A DNA stretch of 64,000 bases. Source: Camelus ferus (lineage: Eukaryota). The stretch covers positions 26,040,001 to 26,104,000 of the forward strand of contig NC_045730.1 of the NCBI RefSeq assembly GCF_009834535.1, read 5' to 3'. Below, one piece after another: positions 1-10,730 of the stretch (positions within the stretch are counted from its first letter, which is position 1; the number at the start of each line of letters is the position of its first letter). The translations under genes were made by a program, and so were the position numbers. A model generated the notes under the pieces. It searched no databases and was not told where the DNA came from. It saw nothing but the letters and a program-made list of their open reading frames with translations.

Positions 1-999
1 TGGGTAGTTGGGCGGCTTTCCCCAGGCTCACTGAGCCTCGCAGGTGGAGGAGTGGAGGAAGCAGAAGCTAGATTGATTGATGGACGGCATTTTAAGGAGG
101 GCAACGTAGAGCATGGAGACAAAGGAGCTGGGTGTGCGGGAGACAGGGTAGTCCTTCTGGGATTGTTGGTGCTTTAGTTTTGACACAAAAATGCTCCCCG
201 ACGAATAGCCACGATCCTCATCTACGTCCGCCAGCACGCGCTCACGGCTCATGTGCCCGGGGTGGGGGTGGGCCCTGCCGGCCCCGCCTAGGCTCCTTCA
301 CGTGTCTGGGCTTTGCTGGCTGCCCGCTGACCCTGCATGTCCTCAGCTGGAATGACACAGCCGAAGCCTAAGGGCAAACCAAGTCACTCAGCAGAGTGTG
401 GACACAGGGCAGGTGGCGAACACAGCCATCTTTGCCACTGACCACAGGCACCGTCAGTGGAAATCATTAACAAATCAATTTGCGTCCTTGGAAGTCACAA
501 GAGAATAAATATTTGTGTATATAGGACAAAATATACGGAAAAATAATTCAGAGCTTTTTTCTTTAAAATGCTTAATATCACTGTTACCCCTAGCTACTCA
601 AAACTCATTTATCGCCATAAATGACTGAGGACCTAGACCAAGAAATACTGATTTTTCGTTGTTTCTAAGCATTTTCAAGATATAAAATGTGAAGGTGAAA
701 ATTAAATTCTGTCTCCATGAAATCACTCCTGGTACTAAGCTTCCTTCAGGACATTCGTGTTTTAAGAAACGCATTAAGACACGCCAGAGAAATTTGGACT
801 CCTTCCCTGGAAAGTGCCTGGAGCGAACTTCTTCCCGACTCAAGCTAAATTGTTAATTAGTTCAAGGTACAGGGGAGATGTGACCTCAGAACAGTCTGTT
901 AGCAAATGTTGATTAAAATAGTGGCCACTGGCCTGGCCTGGGTTTGCTGGGGGAGCAGAGGAAGGTGAGAGTAGTTTCAGTGTGTTCTAAAGACCAGCG

Positions 1000-2450
1000 C
1001 TGGAGCCTCTGGGCCTGACGAGATCCACGGGTGCCCGGCTTATCAGTTTCTAAAAGGTGCTGTCCCGTCCTCGGGCACGTTCTCTTCCAGCATCTTAGAC
1101 GCGAGCCCTGCGGGACCCACTCTGTGCTCTCCTGACACCACCCCAGCCCGTTCTGTGACAGACGCCGCCTGCGGCGATGAGGGGATCCTGCCCCCCCTCC
1201 CGCCACGGCCCAGGTGGCGGGCCCGGCCCCCCGCGCAGCCGTCCGCACTCCGTGGTGCTTTGCAGGCGTGGACGCGGGAGCTGCCCGCCCTGGGGGATTC
1301 CCGGCGGTCCAGGGCGCACGCTGCTGCCTGGACTGTTTCTCTGGTCAGACCCCAGCGAAGACTTTTCCAGTGTTAAGCTCCGGGACCATCTGCGAGGAGA
1401 CAGGGTGCGCACAGATTCCTGAGAGAAACGTGAAACGCTTCCTTGGGCCCCAGGTGCCCAGCTCACTTTTCTCACTTGGCTGAGAGGAAGCTGGAAACCC
1501 CACTGCAGTCCTGCTCCCAGCGCTCACCTCCCACACCTCCCTTCCCCACTCTCGGTTCTGGGGGCACCTCCTAGAAACGCGCGGGGACAGTTCGCGCTCC
1601 TCTGCCGGGCGCAGGCCTGTGAGGAGACCCCGTCTCTCCGGGCCCCCTGGGCTCCGGCGGGGGCGCTGCGGCCCCCGCCCCAAGGACTTCCCCAAGATCA
1701 GGTCCCCACCCCCCACCCCGGCTGGGATCAGCGAGAAAGCCAGAAGCACTGGGTTTATTTTTACCCTCCCTTTGCAAAGGGAAGGAAGACACGTTTCCCC
1801 ATGTGTTTTATCAAATAATACACATCTCTATTTTTTAGTTGACATTTTCAAAGAAGAGAAGAGAACTGCCTTTTAAACATCCCTGCTTCTAGAGACCCGG
1901 AGAAACACACACCACAGCGACTTCAGCTCCCAGGTTCCTCTTGCTAATCGGCTTTGGGTGCCGGCCGGAGCCTCGCGCAGTCCTGGGTGAGGGTCCCCCC
2001 AGGCTGGGGAGGGGCTCCGGCTGTAGCCGCAGTCACACATGGCCCGGGGTTCTGCCTCCTCCTGAGCCTGAAGTCAGCCTTTGACAGACTTGCAACACGA
2101 AGACAGGAGTAACGCTCCCAGGTGTTCGAGCCTGGAAATAAGTAGAAATAAACCCAAGACGGTGGCCTTGGAGGCTAACGCGCTGCCTCTGAGCTGAACT
2201 GGACCCCGCCGGGATGAGCGTTTCTCCAGGGCCTGTGCAGGTGATTGGAGGAGACAGCCACATGCTCTCAGAGCTGCATGTCTTCTTTTCTGACATTTAT
2301 GCACGAGGGAGTCCAGGCAGGTGTCTCTGCTACGCAGACCTCCTGTGAGCTCTGGCTGCGCCCGGGCGGGGACTGCCGCTCCTGCCGCTCGGCCGCGGGT
2401 TAGTGCCTTCCGTGGCTCACGGCCCAGGGGGGACTGCATCTTCTCGGTGC
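1000..2450. promoter_or_regulatory. CpG-island-like GC-rich region
   Basis: Dense CpG and C/G runs, e.g. 1201-1320, 1580-1740 and 2340-2400 (includes gggcgggg). No associated coding exon recognised. Confidence 0.5.
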
Positions 2451-2521
2451 GTGGATGGAGTGCGTGGTCTAGTGGCTGGTGGTGGGGGTGAAGGAGAAAG
2501 CAGCCTTAACTGCTGTTACCT

Positions 2522-2660
2522 GGGGGAGGGCATGGCTCAGTGGTAGAATATGGGCTTAGCATGCATGAGGTCCTGGGTTCAATCCCCCGTGCCTCCATTT
2601 AAACAAACAAACAAACAAACAAACCTAATTCCCTTCCACTCAAGAAAAAAATTTAAAAAA
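2522..2660 (+). mobile_element. tRNA-Ala-derived camelid SINE (vic-1 type)
   Basis: ggggagggcatggctcagtggtag...gcatgcatgaggtcctgggttcaatcccc. A-box TGGCTCAGTGG (2533-2543), B-box GGTTCAATCC (2576-2585), then an (AAAC)n linker, cctaatt and an A-rich tail. Matches the recalled vic-1 layout. Confidence 0.85.
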
Positions 2661-5489
2661 TTATCATTAGGTCTTGACTAGGTCGGTGCTTCCCGCCGCA
2701 TCCAATGTTTTGGGGACTGAGGAAGGTTGGCTATTAGTGAATTAAATCTGTTTTCTGTGGTGATGTCAACAGAAGCACGTCGAGAGGATTATCTGTTTGG
2801 TACTTTGGCTGAGAGGAATTCAATGTCCCGAACTCCCCGCGAATGACAATACAGTGGGCTAGTAATTGTCAGCCGACAAAGGATTCGTTACGCACTTACT
2901 GTAATTTTTGCTGGGCCCTGTAAGGAACGTGGAAGTGAGTAAAATGCAGCCCCTGCCTTCAGGAAACTTCCAATTTAGGGAAGAGAAGGAATGCACAAGT
3001 GAAAACGACCGTACTCAGACACTTGGGGCCACGCGGGCAGCACGTGTGTCTCCAGGGCAGCCGGGGACCGGGCAGCTCCGCGGACTCTCTGCCTCTACCT
3101 GTGCTCGCCCGCCGCCTGTGGCCTGGAGCTTCTGTGAAAGGGCTCGCCGCCACCATCGGATTCCTGTTTGTGGCACGGCTATGAAATTCTGCACCAGCAA
3201 AGTATTTCAGAGTTCCATGAACTCCCTCGAGGTACCGTGTGAAAAGGACCCGTGTTTGCTAAAGCTACTTGGAGTGAAATTCAGCGTCTGGCTAAAGACC
3301 CCTCCTGGGTGAAGTATGAGACGGGCCCCCGTCCCCCCCACCTTTTCTTCTTCGTCCCTCTGATCTCACTTCTCCCTCATCCCCCCGACCCCTCTGCTCA
3401 TGTCAGCCGATTTCCCAGTCTAGTTGGCGGCCTCTATACCAGAGGGGCAGTGAAGGCGGGGAGGGAAGGGAGGGCCCTTCTGAGTTAGGGCAGGACCCCA
3501 TTACAAAGGCAGTTGCCCATGAGTGGAATTTTATACCTAACAGATGCAGTGCCCTGTTTCAAATGGTCTGCAATTAAAACTCAACCACATCATCAAAGTA
3601 CGAGGCCAAGTACCGTGATTCTCGGGGTGTCATTCTGAGGGTTCACGTTGTAACTGCTGAATCATAGAAACAGTCAGCGCACGCCGGGTCTGTAGAACGT
3701 TAGCGTCTAGTGGTGGAGCTCGGCCATGGTGGGAGCGCCACTCAGCTCCTCCTCCAGGAAGCAAAGCCCGTCGCTGACCCTCGAGGAGCGACGTGCAAGG
3801 GTCTCCAGGAGGCAGGCCCTCCTGCTCTTCTGGACGCTGAGCTGGTTTGTCGAGTCAGGAGCAAAGCAGGGGGAGTGAGACAGGAAGTGGGACTCCCATT
3901 CCCACGGCTGGTAGACGGTGCAGATAAAATCTAACCTCGTCTTTGTTAATACACGTAGATGTTGGTTTTACTCCAACTTTTTCTTACATTTTCCAGAGCT
4001 ATGGGATGAGGGTGGTAGTTTTTATTTCACGGTGTGAACTGGCTGGTGTTCCCAGTACCTGGGAAGGGCGTGGAGTCTGTCGGTGGGGACGTCACTCTCT
4101 GTGTTTCTGGTCAAGGCTGGGTCAGAGCCTGAGGGTGGGAGAAGCCACAGTGACCTCAGGAGAGGACAGATGACTCAGCTGAGTCCTCACCGTTGAAGAT
4201 GTAAGAAGCTTTCCTTTGCTGGTTAAAAGTCTCCTTGGGAAGGCAGGAGTGAAAAACCAGCTAAGAAACATTGGTCTAGAGCTAAGTATGACTTAAAAAG
4301 TTACAGCATTAAAATCTACGTGGTGATACTTCTCAGAGAGCATTAATGTAATTCACTGCTTTTTGTGTAAGAAAATAGGATGCAGGATTGTTGGTATTAG
4401 AAAGAGTCCAGCATTTAAAAACTAACAGTAACAGAAAAACCTTTAAAAAATAGTTCTCTCCTTGGAGCACAGAAATCTTACTGTCTCTCAAGCTTTCCTT
4501 TGAGCACATTAGAAAAAAGACAATGTTTAGATCCAAGGGGTTGGACAAAAAATAATGCCTGTAATTCTCACTGAGGTATTGACCCTAAGGGTGAAGACAA
4601 ACCTGGCTGTCTTGGAACCTTGGCATCGATGGCAACAGTAGAGTGTCTGGTCCGTGTTTCCCACTGAATGGGTTTCTGAAAGTACGTGACTCTTGCTGCG
4701 GACCTAGTGTGTTTCACCATCTGATGGTAAACGACGACAACGAGACGAGTGCCTCTGGGCTGCGACGCGGCGTGGAGTCCTCAAGGAGGTCTGACGGCAA
4801 CTCACACGTTTGTAAGGGTCACGTTCAGTGGTAAGTGAGTCAGCCCCTCTTCAAAGGTTGCCATCTGCATTTTCCAGAATTCTACTGGAAATTGTCATCT
4901 GTTTTTTATTTGAGAAACTTGGTGAACAATATGTAAGTTTTCTGGATTTTAGTTAACATCTACCATTTTGCTTGCACTGAATAATAGAATTGCATTGTTT
5001 TTAAGTATATTCAGAAACATTGTTTAGAAATGGTTTTATTTTTATAAGAGGATGTCAAGCCAAGTGTTTTGTTTTTTATTAAAATTGCATAGTCTTTTCG
5101 TGGAAAAGTTTTGATAACGTTGTCAGAGAATAGTATTAAAGACAGGGAGCGTAGGCCTGGTGAATTCATCGCAGGAGCTTGAATGTGACACGGGAAGGGC
5201 TGGCTTGCTGGTCCTGTCGAAATGGTAATATTGGGGACTTTGGCCTAAAAGGAAGGAAAACTTGTTTCTGTTTAGATTTAAAAATTGTGAAGTAAAAATT
5301 TTCAGGCCTAAATGTGAAATTCATAAATTAAAATAGATAAGTATCTTTTGCCCAATAATTCTCATAAAAATTATCAGACAGTTGCTGAAAAGAATCTTAT
5401 TTATGCTGAACTTACATCTTGATCTTTATTAAGGCTGTGCTAGGAAGAAACATGAAACGCCTTAAGAAAAATCCTTCTAAAAGCAGATG

Positions 5490-6117
5490 GAGACTTCCAG
5501 GGTTCTCTTCTGCGTGTGAGAAGCTTGGAGGTCATCACTTGGACCTAACAACAGGCAAAAAGCTCAATAAACTGAAAAACAGCAGCTTTTCTCATAATGG
5601 CTAAAGCTTGCAAGTAGCCAAGAGGCCCTTCAGAGATGAATGACTGTCTGCAGTGACTCACCGAGACAGCGGAATATTATTCAGCACTAAAAATATTAGT
5701 CATGAAAAACAAGGAGGACACTTGAATGCATGTTTTACGTGAACAAAGTCCATCTGAAAAGGCTGCGTTCTGCGTAATTCCAGGACGTAAAGGCAGAACA
5801 GTGGAGACAGTGAGGGAACCGGCGGTTGCCGGGAATTAGGGGAAGGGGACACGGACAGGCAGGATGTAGAGGATTCAGGGCATTGAAACCGCTCTGTGTG
5901 AGACGTGAATGCTGGACACCCGTCGTCAGACACTTCTCAAACCCCAGGACGTGGAGCACAGGGAGAGCCGCGTGTGGATGCGGCCGTGGCGGGGACACTT
6001 CTGCGCGGGTCCCACGCATGACGGGAGCAGGACCAACTCAGCGACTATGCGTATCTGTCTTCTGCTCAGTTTTACTGTGAAACTAAAACTACTCTAAAAT
6101 TAAAGTCTATTAAAACG
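5490..6117 (+). mobile_element. L1MC-like LINE-1 remnant: ~100 bp 5'-end-like segment fused to ~520 bp 3' UTR
   Basis: 5490-5592 resembles an L1MC 5' end (aagcttggaggtcatcact...aaaaagctcaataaactgaaaaacagcagc). 5593-6117 matches an L1MC1-type 3' end (ggaatattattcagcactaaaa...catctgaaaaggct...ctgtgaaactaaaactactctaaaattaaagtctatt). Confidence 0.72.
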
Positions 6118-6134
6118 TAAACTAGATGTCACTT

Positions 6135-6265
6135 CTCCGTGGGAGGTCAACGGAACATGGGCTCCACTGCATGACCTAATCACCCAAAGGCCCGCCCCAG
6201 TACCGGCATCTTTGGGGTTAGCATTTGCACACGTGGATTTTGGGGGACACATTCAGACCATAGCA
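6135..6265 (-). mobile_element. MaLR LTR fragment (MLT1A-like), 5' portion
   Basis: Reverse complement reads tgctatggtctgaatgtgtcccccaaaatccacgtgtgcaaatgctaacccc...gggcctttgggtgattaggtcatg, the characteristic MLT1A start. Confidence 0.7.
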
Positions 6266-6510
6266 GACGAGGTCACACTGAGTCAGGGAGGGCCCTAAAT
6301 CCAATGAGGGGGGTCTCCTTGTAAGAAGAGGTGGGAACACCCACAGAAAAGAAATCCACGAGCAGGAGGCAGAGCCTGGGGGATGCAGCCAGGACGGAGG
6401 ACACGCAAAGAATGCTAGTTCTTCTGAATCCCGTCTGGCTTGTTCCCTGGAAGAGGAATCGATTTTTGAAGGTGCGCGCAGAGATGCATGGACGCCAACA
6501 TGAACACCTG
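6266..6510 (+). mobile_element. MaLR LTR fragment (MLT1B/C-like)
   Basis: gaggtcacactgagtcagggagggccctaaatccaatga...ccttgtaagaagag is a typical MLT1 motif, in opposite orientation to the adjacent MLT1A piece. Confidence 0.6.
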
Positions 6511-7199
6511 TTCATTTAACCTAAAACCGTACAAAGGGAGAGAGGCTTGATGGGAGACCCACTCATCCTGCAGACCTGGAGCTACCAATTTCTCTTATCT
6601 TCAGTGGCCTGTCTTCTGCACCGTGCATGTCACAGTGAGACCCTGGGTAATGACTAGTGGCCTCAGCAGGTGAAAAACGCCTTTATTCACCAACAGAGGA
6701 TCATTACACCACTCCTGCCTACACTGAAAATTTCACTGGCTTCAAGTAAAAGATTCTGTGCTGATAAATCCCACAGGTTAGAGACAAAGTTTGTGTTCTT
6801 GTGATGTGCCGGAATTTCACAACGTGTACATTCCACAGCAGGGCTCAGGCTGTCAGAAAAATAAAATTCAGAACCCACAGAGGTCAACTGATAGGTTTTG
6901 CAAAATGAGTCTGTCATTTTTACCTCCCGTTTTAAGCTGGTCCCCGCAGTGTGCTCCGTTTCACAGCCCAGACCCTCTGCAGCCTGTTTCCATTGACGCC
7001 CCGGACAGTGTGCTCCACACTGAGGACTGAGGATGGCCACACAGGTCGTCACAGCCCTCCCGTGTCCACACGGACCCTGCAGATTCAGCCTCACCGTGGA
7101 CCCTCAGGACCATCACCTGGTGGTTCATCAACCCAGGCTGTCATGCAGCTCATTCTGGCTGCCGCACCTGCTCAGACACTGCACTCGAGCCCTTGTTCT

Positions 7200-8115
7200 G
7201 GTCTGAGAGCGGGGCTGTTGCCTCGCAACCCCCTTCTAACCCAGGGCAGATACGGGCTCCTGTTTCATTCTCTGCTTCTTCAGGGACCGGTCCGCCTGGA
7301 TCTCCCGTCCTTCTGGGGTGAGCCCGTGTTTGTGCATCCAACTCCCTCCCAGCTTGCGGTCGCCACCTGCCAGCTGTACAGACGTCGGTTCTGCCGGACT
7401 CCTTGACACCATATTTTCCTTACTCATTTTCAGAGGTGACAGCGGTGTCATGGAGCCCAAGGCAGGGGGAGCCTTTCAGAAGAGGGGAGAACTAAGCTGA
7501 CTTTCTCCTTCTGTCGCCGCCTGTTAGATGTCCTTGAAACAAACTCTGTCTTTGAAGACGCTGGGAAGCAACTGGATGTCAGAGCCTGGCACTCAAGGAC
7601 CTTCATGATTTGAAGCTCTGAGGCTCCTCTTCCTAAGCCAGGAAGCTCAGCTCTACTGGATCGAGTGTCATTTCTTGAGCACGTCATACTCTCTTACATC
7701 TCCTTTCAAGAGGCAGTTGACAATCTTGTTTGTGGATCCTTTGCTAAACCCTCAATCCTCAACCTACCGCCAATTTGGCTGGATGCCTATGGATGTTATG
7801 CAGAAGTTCTATCACCGGGGACCCGCTGGTCCCCAGGCCCCATCACACCTGTGCTCACCTGTCTGGACCTCAATCGAGCACCAGGTATTAAGTCACCCTT
7901 CCCTCTGACTTGAGCCCGTGGTCCCCCCTCCCGAGTACAGAGTTGTCCTGACTGCGCACGGAGTGCTTAATTAACCAGACACCGCTTAGCTGTTTCGTCT
8001 GATGCCTATGGACACCTTCTGGTAGCCTGGACCATGGCCTGAGCGTCCCTGTGCTCCTCCACGGCATAGACTAGCCCAGGGTGGAGGCCTTAATAAACAC
8101 ACGACTGAATTATTT
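7200..8115 (+). mobile_element. Highly diverged L2-like fragment
   Basis: Pyrimidine-rich L2-like body ending in an L2-tail-like ccttaataaacacacgactgaatt. Confidence 0.3.
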
Positions 8116-10497
8116 GGTACGAGAAGCCCACTTCCCCTTTCTTTGTGGGGGGGGATGTCTTGCCGGTTTCAGGAGGCTCCTTGACTTGGCGTCTCACACC
8201 TTCGGGTTCACATTTTTTTTTAATCAGACTTTGAGATTACATTTTTCATTCAATTCTTGAAGTTCTTTTCTTTCTCTTGGCCCTTTACTGGCCCTTGGGC
8301 ACCCAGCTACACAAGCATGAGGCCACCTGGCGTCGTGCCGGATGCCGCTGCCGCTCTGCGCCGACACCCCTGCCTTCTCTCCTGACGCTCTGTTTTAGAT
8401 GCTGTGGCTGTTTTGCTTTGTCTGCCTGCAAGCTCGCTGGTCTTTTGTTCTGCACTGTTTGACAGGCTGTGACGTCTAGCTGGTGGTTTTTTAGTTGCAA
8501 GTATTTTAGTTTTCGTCTAAGGGGGCTCCGTTTGAGCCATTCTGATGCGGTTACTCAGGGACGCCCCTCACAGTGAGAAGGGCTCGCTAGCTCCCTTGGT
8601 CACGTCTGGCTTGCGGTCAGCAGGGCCGTCCATACGTCCTGGGATCAGTTCTACCCATCAGAGCCCGGGTGCGACTGGTAGTTTACAAACTTATCTGTGG
8701 AGAAAACCTTGGCTTGTTCAGAAGGACCAATATCTAAGGGACAAACCTTCAGAAGTCGTGGGATCAGTTCTCTCAGTCAAATCCAGGGAGCATATGATCT
8801 CTTTTAAGGTTGATTCATTAAAAAAAAAAAGCATGGAAAAGTGGAACACAGCAGAAACTGTTACCAAGCCCACTGTGTGTCATGTGCTGGGGTGTCTGCG
8901 GCATCTGGGGACACGTGAGTGTCAGCAAGACCCAGACGGTGTCTTCATGAACTTGGCAGCGTGGTGACGGTAAAGACCTGTGTGAGAGCTGGTTCTTCGC
9001 CCTCGTGTGGGTGGAGGGCCTGGTCTGATGTCCTTCTGGGGCACCGGTGGGGGGCCCTGACACACCTGGGCCTCGGCTGCACCCCCACCCAGTAAACAGG
9101 GGGCACGAGTGCTGACCGGTGGGGCCGGCCAGCCGATTAAGCCCCTCAAGCCGTGTGAGCGGCGTCTTGCAGGCAGGGCCGCTTTGGGCCAAGAGGCAGG
9201 AGAACTGCTCCCTCCTGGTTCAGGTGTTACATTTTGTCGTGGTCACGGACAGCCCCCAGCACCCCCGGGGCAGCACCTGGTGACGCTGGGGGTTTCCACG
9301 TGTCAGGTCCTTCCCGCTTCCGGGAGACTGATGCGGAAGCGTGGAGCCTCTCCCCACTATCCTGTAGTTTGTTCGCTAATTAATTTGGGGTTAAGTGTTT
9401 TACCTGCTGGCGAAGTTTCAGTATTTTGTGAGACAAAAATTCTAAGTTGAGGGGGAAATATTTTTCTATCGTGGGAAGTTACTTCGGAGGCAATAAAAAT
9501 GTGTTTTGCTGATGGCAAAATTTGCAAACCTTCGCTCAGTGAGAAGCACACGTGTTTTGCTCAGTGCCGAAGCTGGCACTCAGTCCGACGTGCCCGTCTC
9601 TCCACACGGGTGAGTTTTGAGCACCGCACACTCTGCTCGCTGTTTTCCTCTCGGGCTATAATTAGACCAGCAGGAGTGAATATTTTACCAAAAACATAAA
9701 GATTCGAGAAGGTAAGCACCCCAGGATTGCAAACCTGAATCTGGAGTCACTTCTCAGTGCACCGCCTCTCCCTTCCCACCCTTGTTCTGTTTTAAAAGTG
9801 TGAACTTCTGGGTGGATTTATAGAAGCTAACACCTCCAGCTCTCCGGACGCAAAGTTCATCTGAGCACTTGTGTAAGGGTGTGCGGTGACGTCTCGTGCC
9901 AGCCGACCGTCTACCAGCCAGTGGCTTTTCCAACTGGCTCGGGAGGGCAGGCGGGGAACCTTCACCTCACAACTGCCATAACTTCACAGGAGAAACTGAA
10001 AGTCTTCATAATCCAAACAGCTGCTGATTAATTTGCCTTTCTCAGTGCTATGAAGTAAGAAAGCAAAAGAAAGGATTAGAAGAATCTGAAGCGAATCTGA
10101 CAAGAATTTTGCATTTCATTTGTACCCTTCGAACTAATGTCACACCGAAATGAAATAGTTTGCTACGGGGGATGATATGTCTAGCAATGCCGAGTGGTTT
10201 TAAGAGGTGGCTGGTATGCTATAGAAATTTAAAAGTAGTATTTTTTTCAGGCCCATCCACAAGACAGCGAACATTTAGGCAGGAGTGCTGGACTTCAGAA
10301 GTCACCGCACCCACGACACAGTGTGGAGAGAGAGCCAGCGTGGACTCTGATGACCATGCTCCCTTCTTGGGACCTGCTCAGTGGGGAGGTTTCCTTTCCA
10401 AGTAGATTACTAACTCCAGCCGTTGGTCACATTAGAAGCAAAGAAAAATAAGAAGCCTTGTTTTTGATATTTCAGATGATCTGGGAGGTGATCAGAA

Positions 10498-10500
<3 letters not shown>

Positions 10501-10538
<38 letters not shown>
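10501..10538. repeat. (TG)19 microsatellite
   Basis: Perfect TG run counted directly. Confidence 0.97.
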
Positions 10539-10539
<1 letters not shown>

Positions 10540-10708
10540 ATGCGTTCTCTGGGACGATGTGTCCATGGGCCCAAGTTTCTGGACTCTCACCTTCCAGACC
10601 TGCTCTTAGATGTTTACGTGGTCTTTCCATTACTCCTGCCAGGGCTTCTGCTCTTAAAGAGGAACCTCATTAAAAAGAAAAGTCCACATAGCTCAGTCTT
10701 TTCAAGAT

Positions 10709-10730
10709 TGTGTGTGTGTGTGTGTGTGTG
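10709..10730. repeat. (TG)11 microsatellite
   Basis: Perfect TG run counted directly. Confidence 0.95.

Noticed and set aside
1339-1365. LWSDPSEDF, resembling the PPP-family/calcineurin LWSDP motif
   Set aside because: Only 9 residues, a stop soon after, and no other phosphatase motifs; most likely chance.
2522-2600. Possible tRNA-Ala gene
   Set aside because: Anticodon and acceptor arms are degenerate, and it continues into a SINE linker and A-tail, so it is a SINE.
3252-3330. Protein-like peptide FAKATWSEIQRLAKDPSWVKYE
   Set aside because: No convincing flanking splice sites and no recognisable homolog.
7782-8012. 12-mer GATGCCTATGGA repeated at 7782 and 8001
   Set aside because: Two copies only, no further structure, inside a probable old L2.
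4831-9717. Isolated consensus donors (GTAAGT 4831, GTGAGT 9610, GTAAGC 9712)
   Set aside because: Such hexamers are expected repeatedly by chance in 64 kb, and the adjacent candidate exons encode nothing recognisable.
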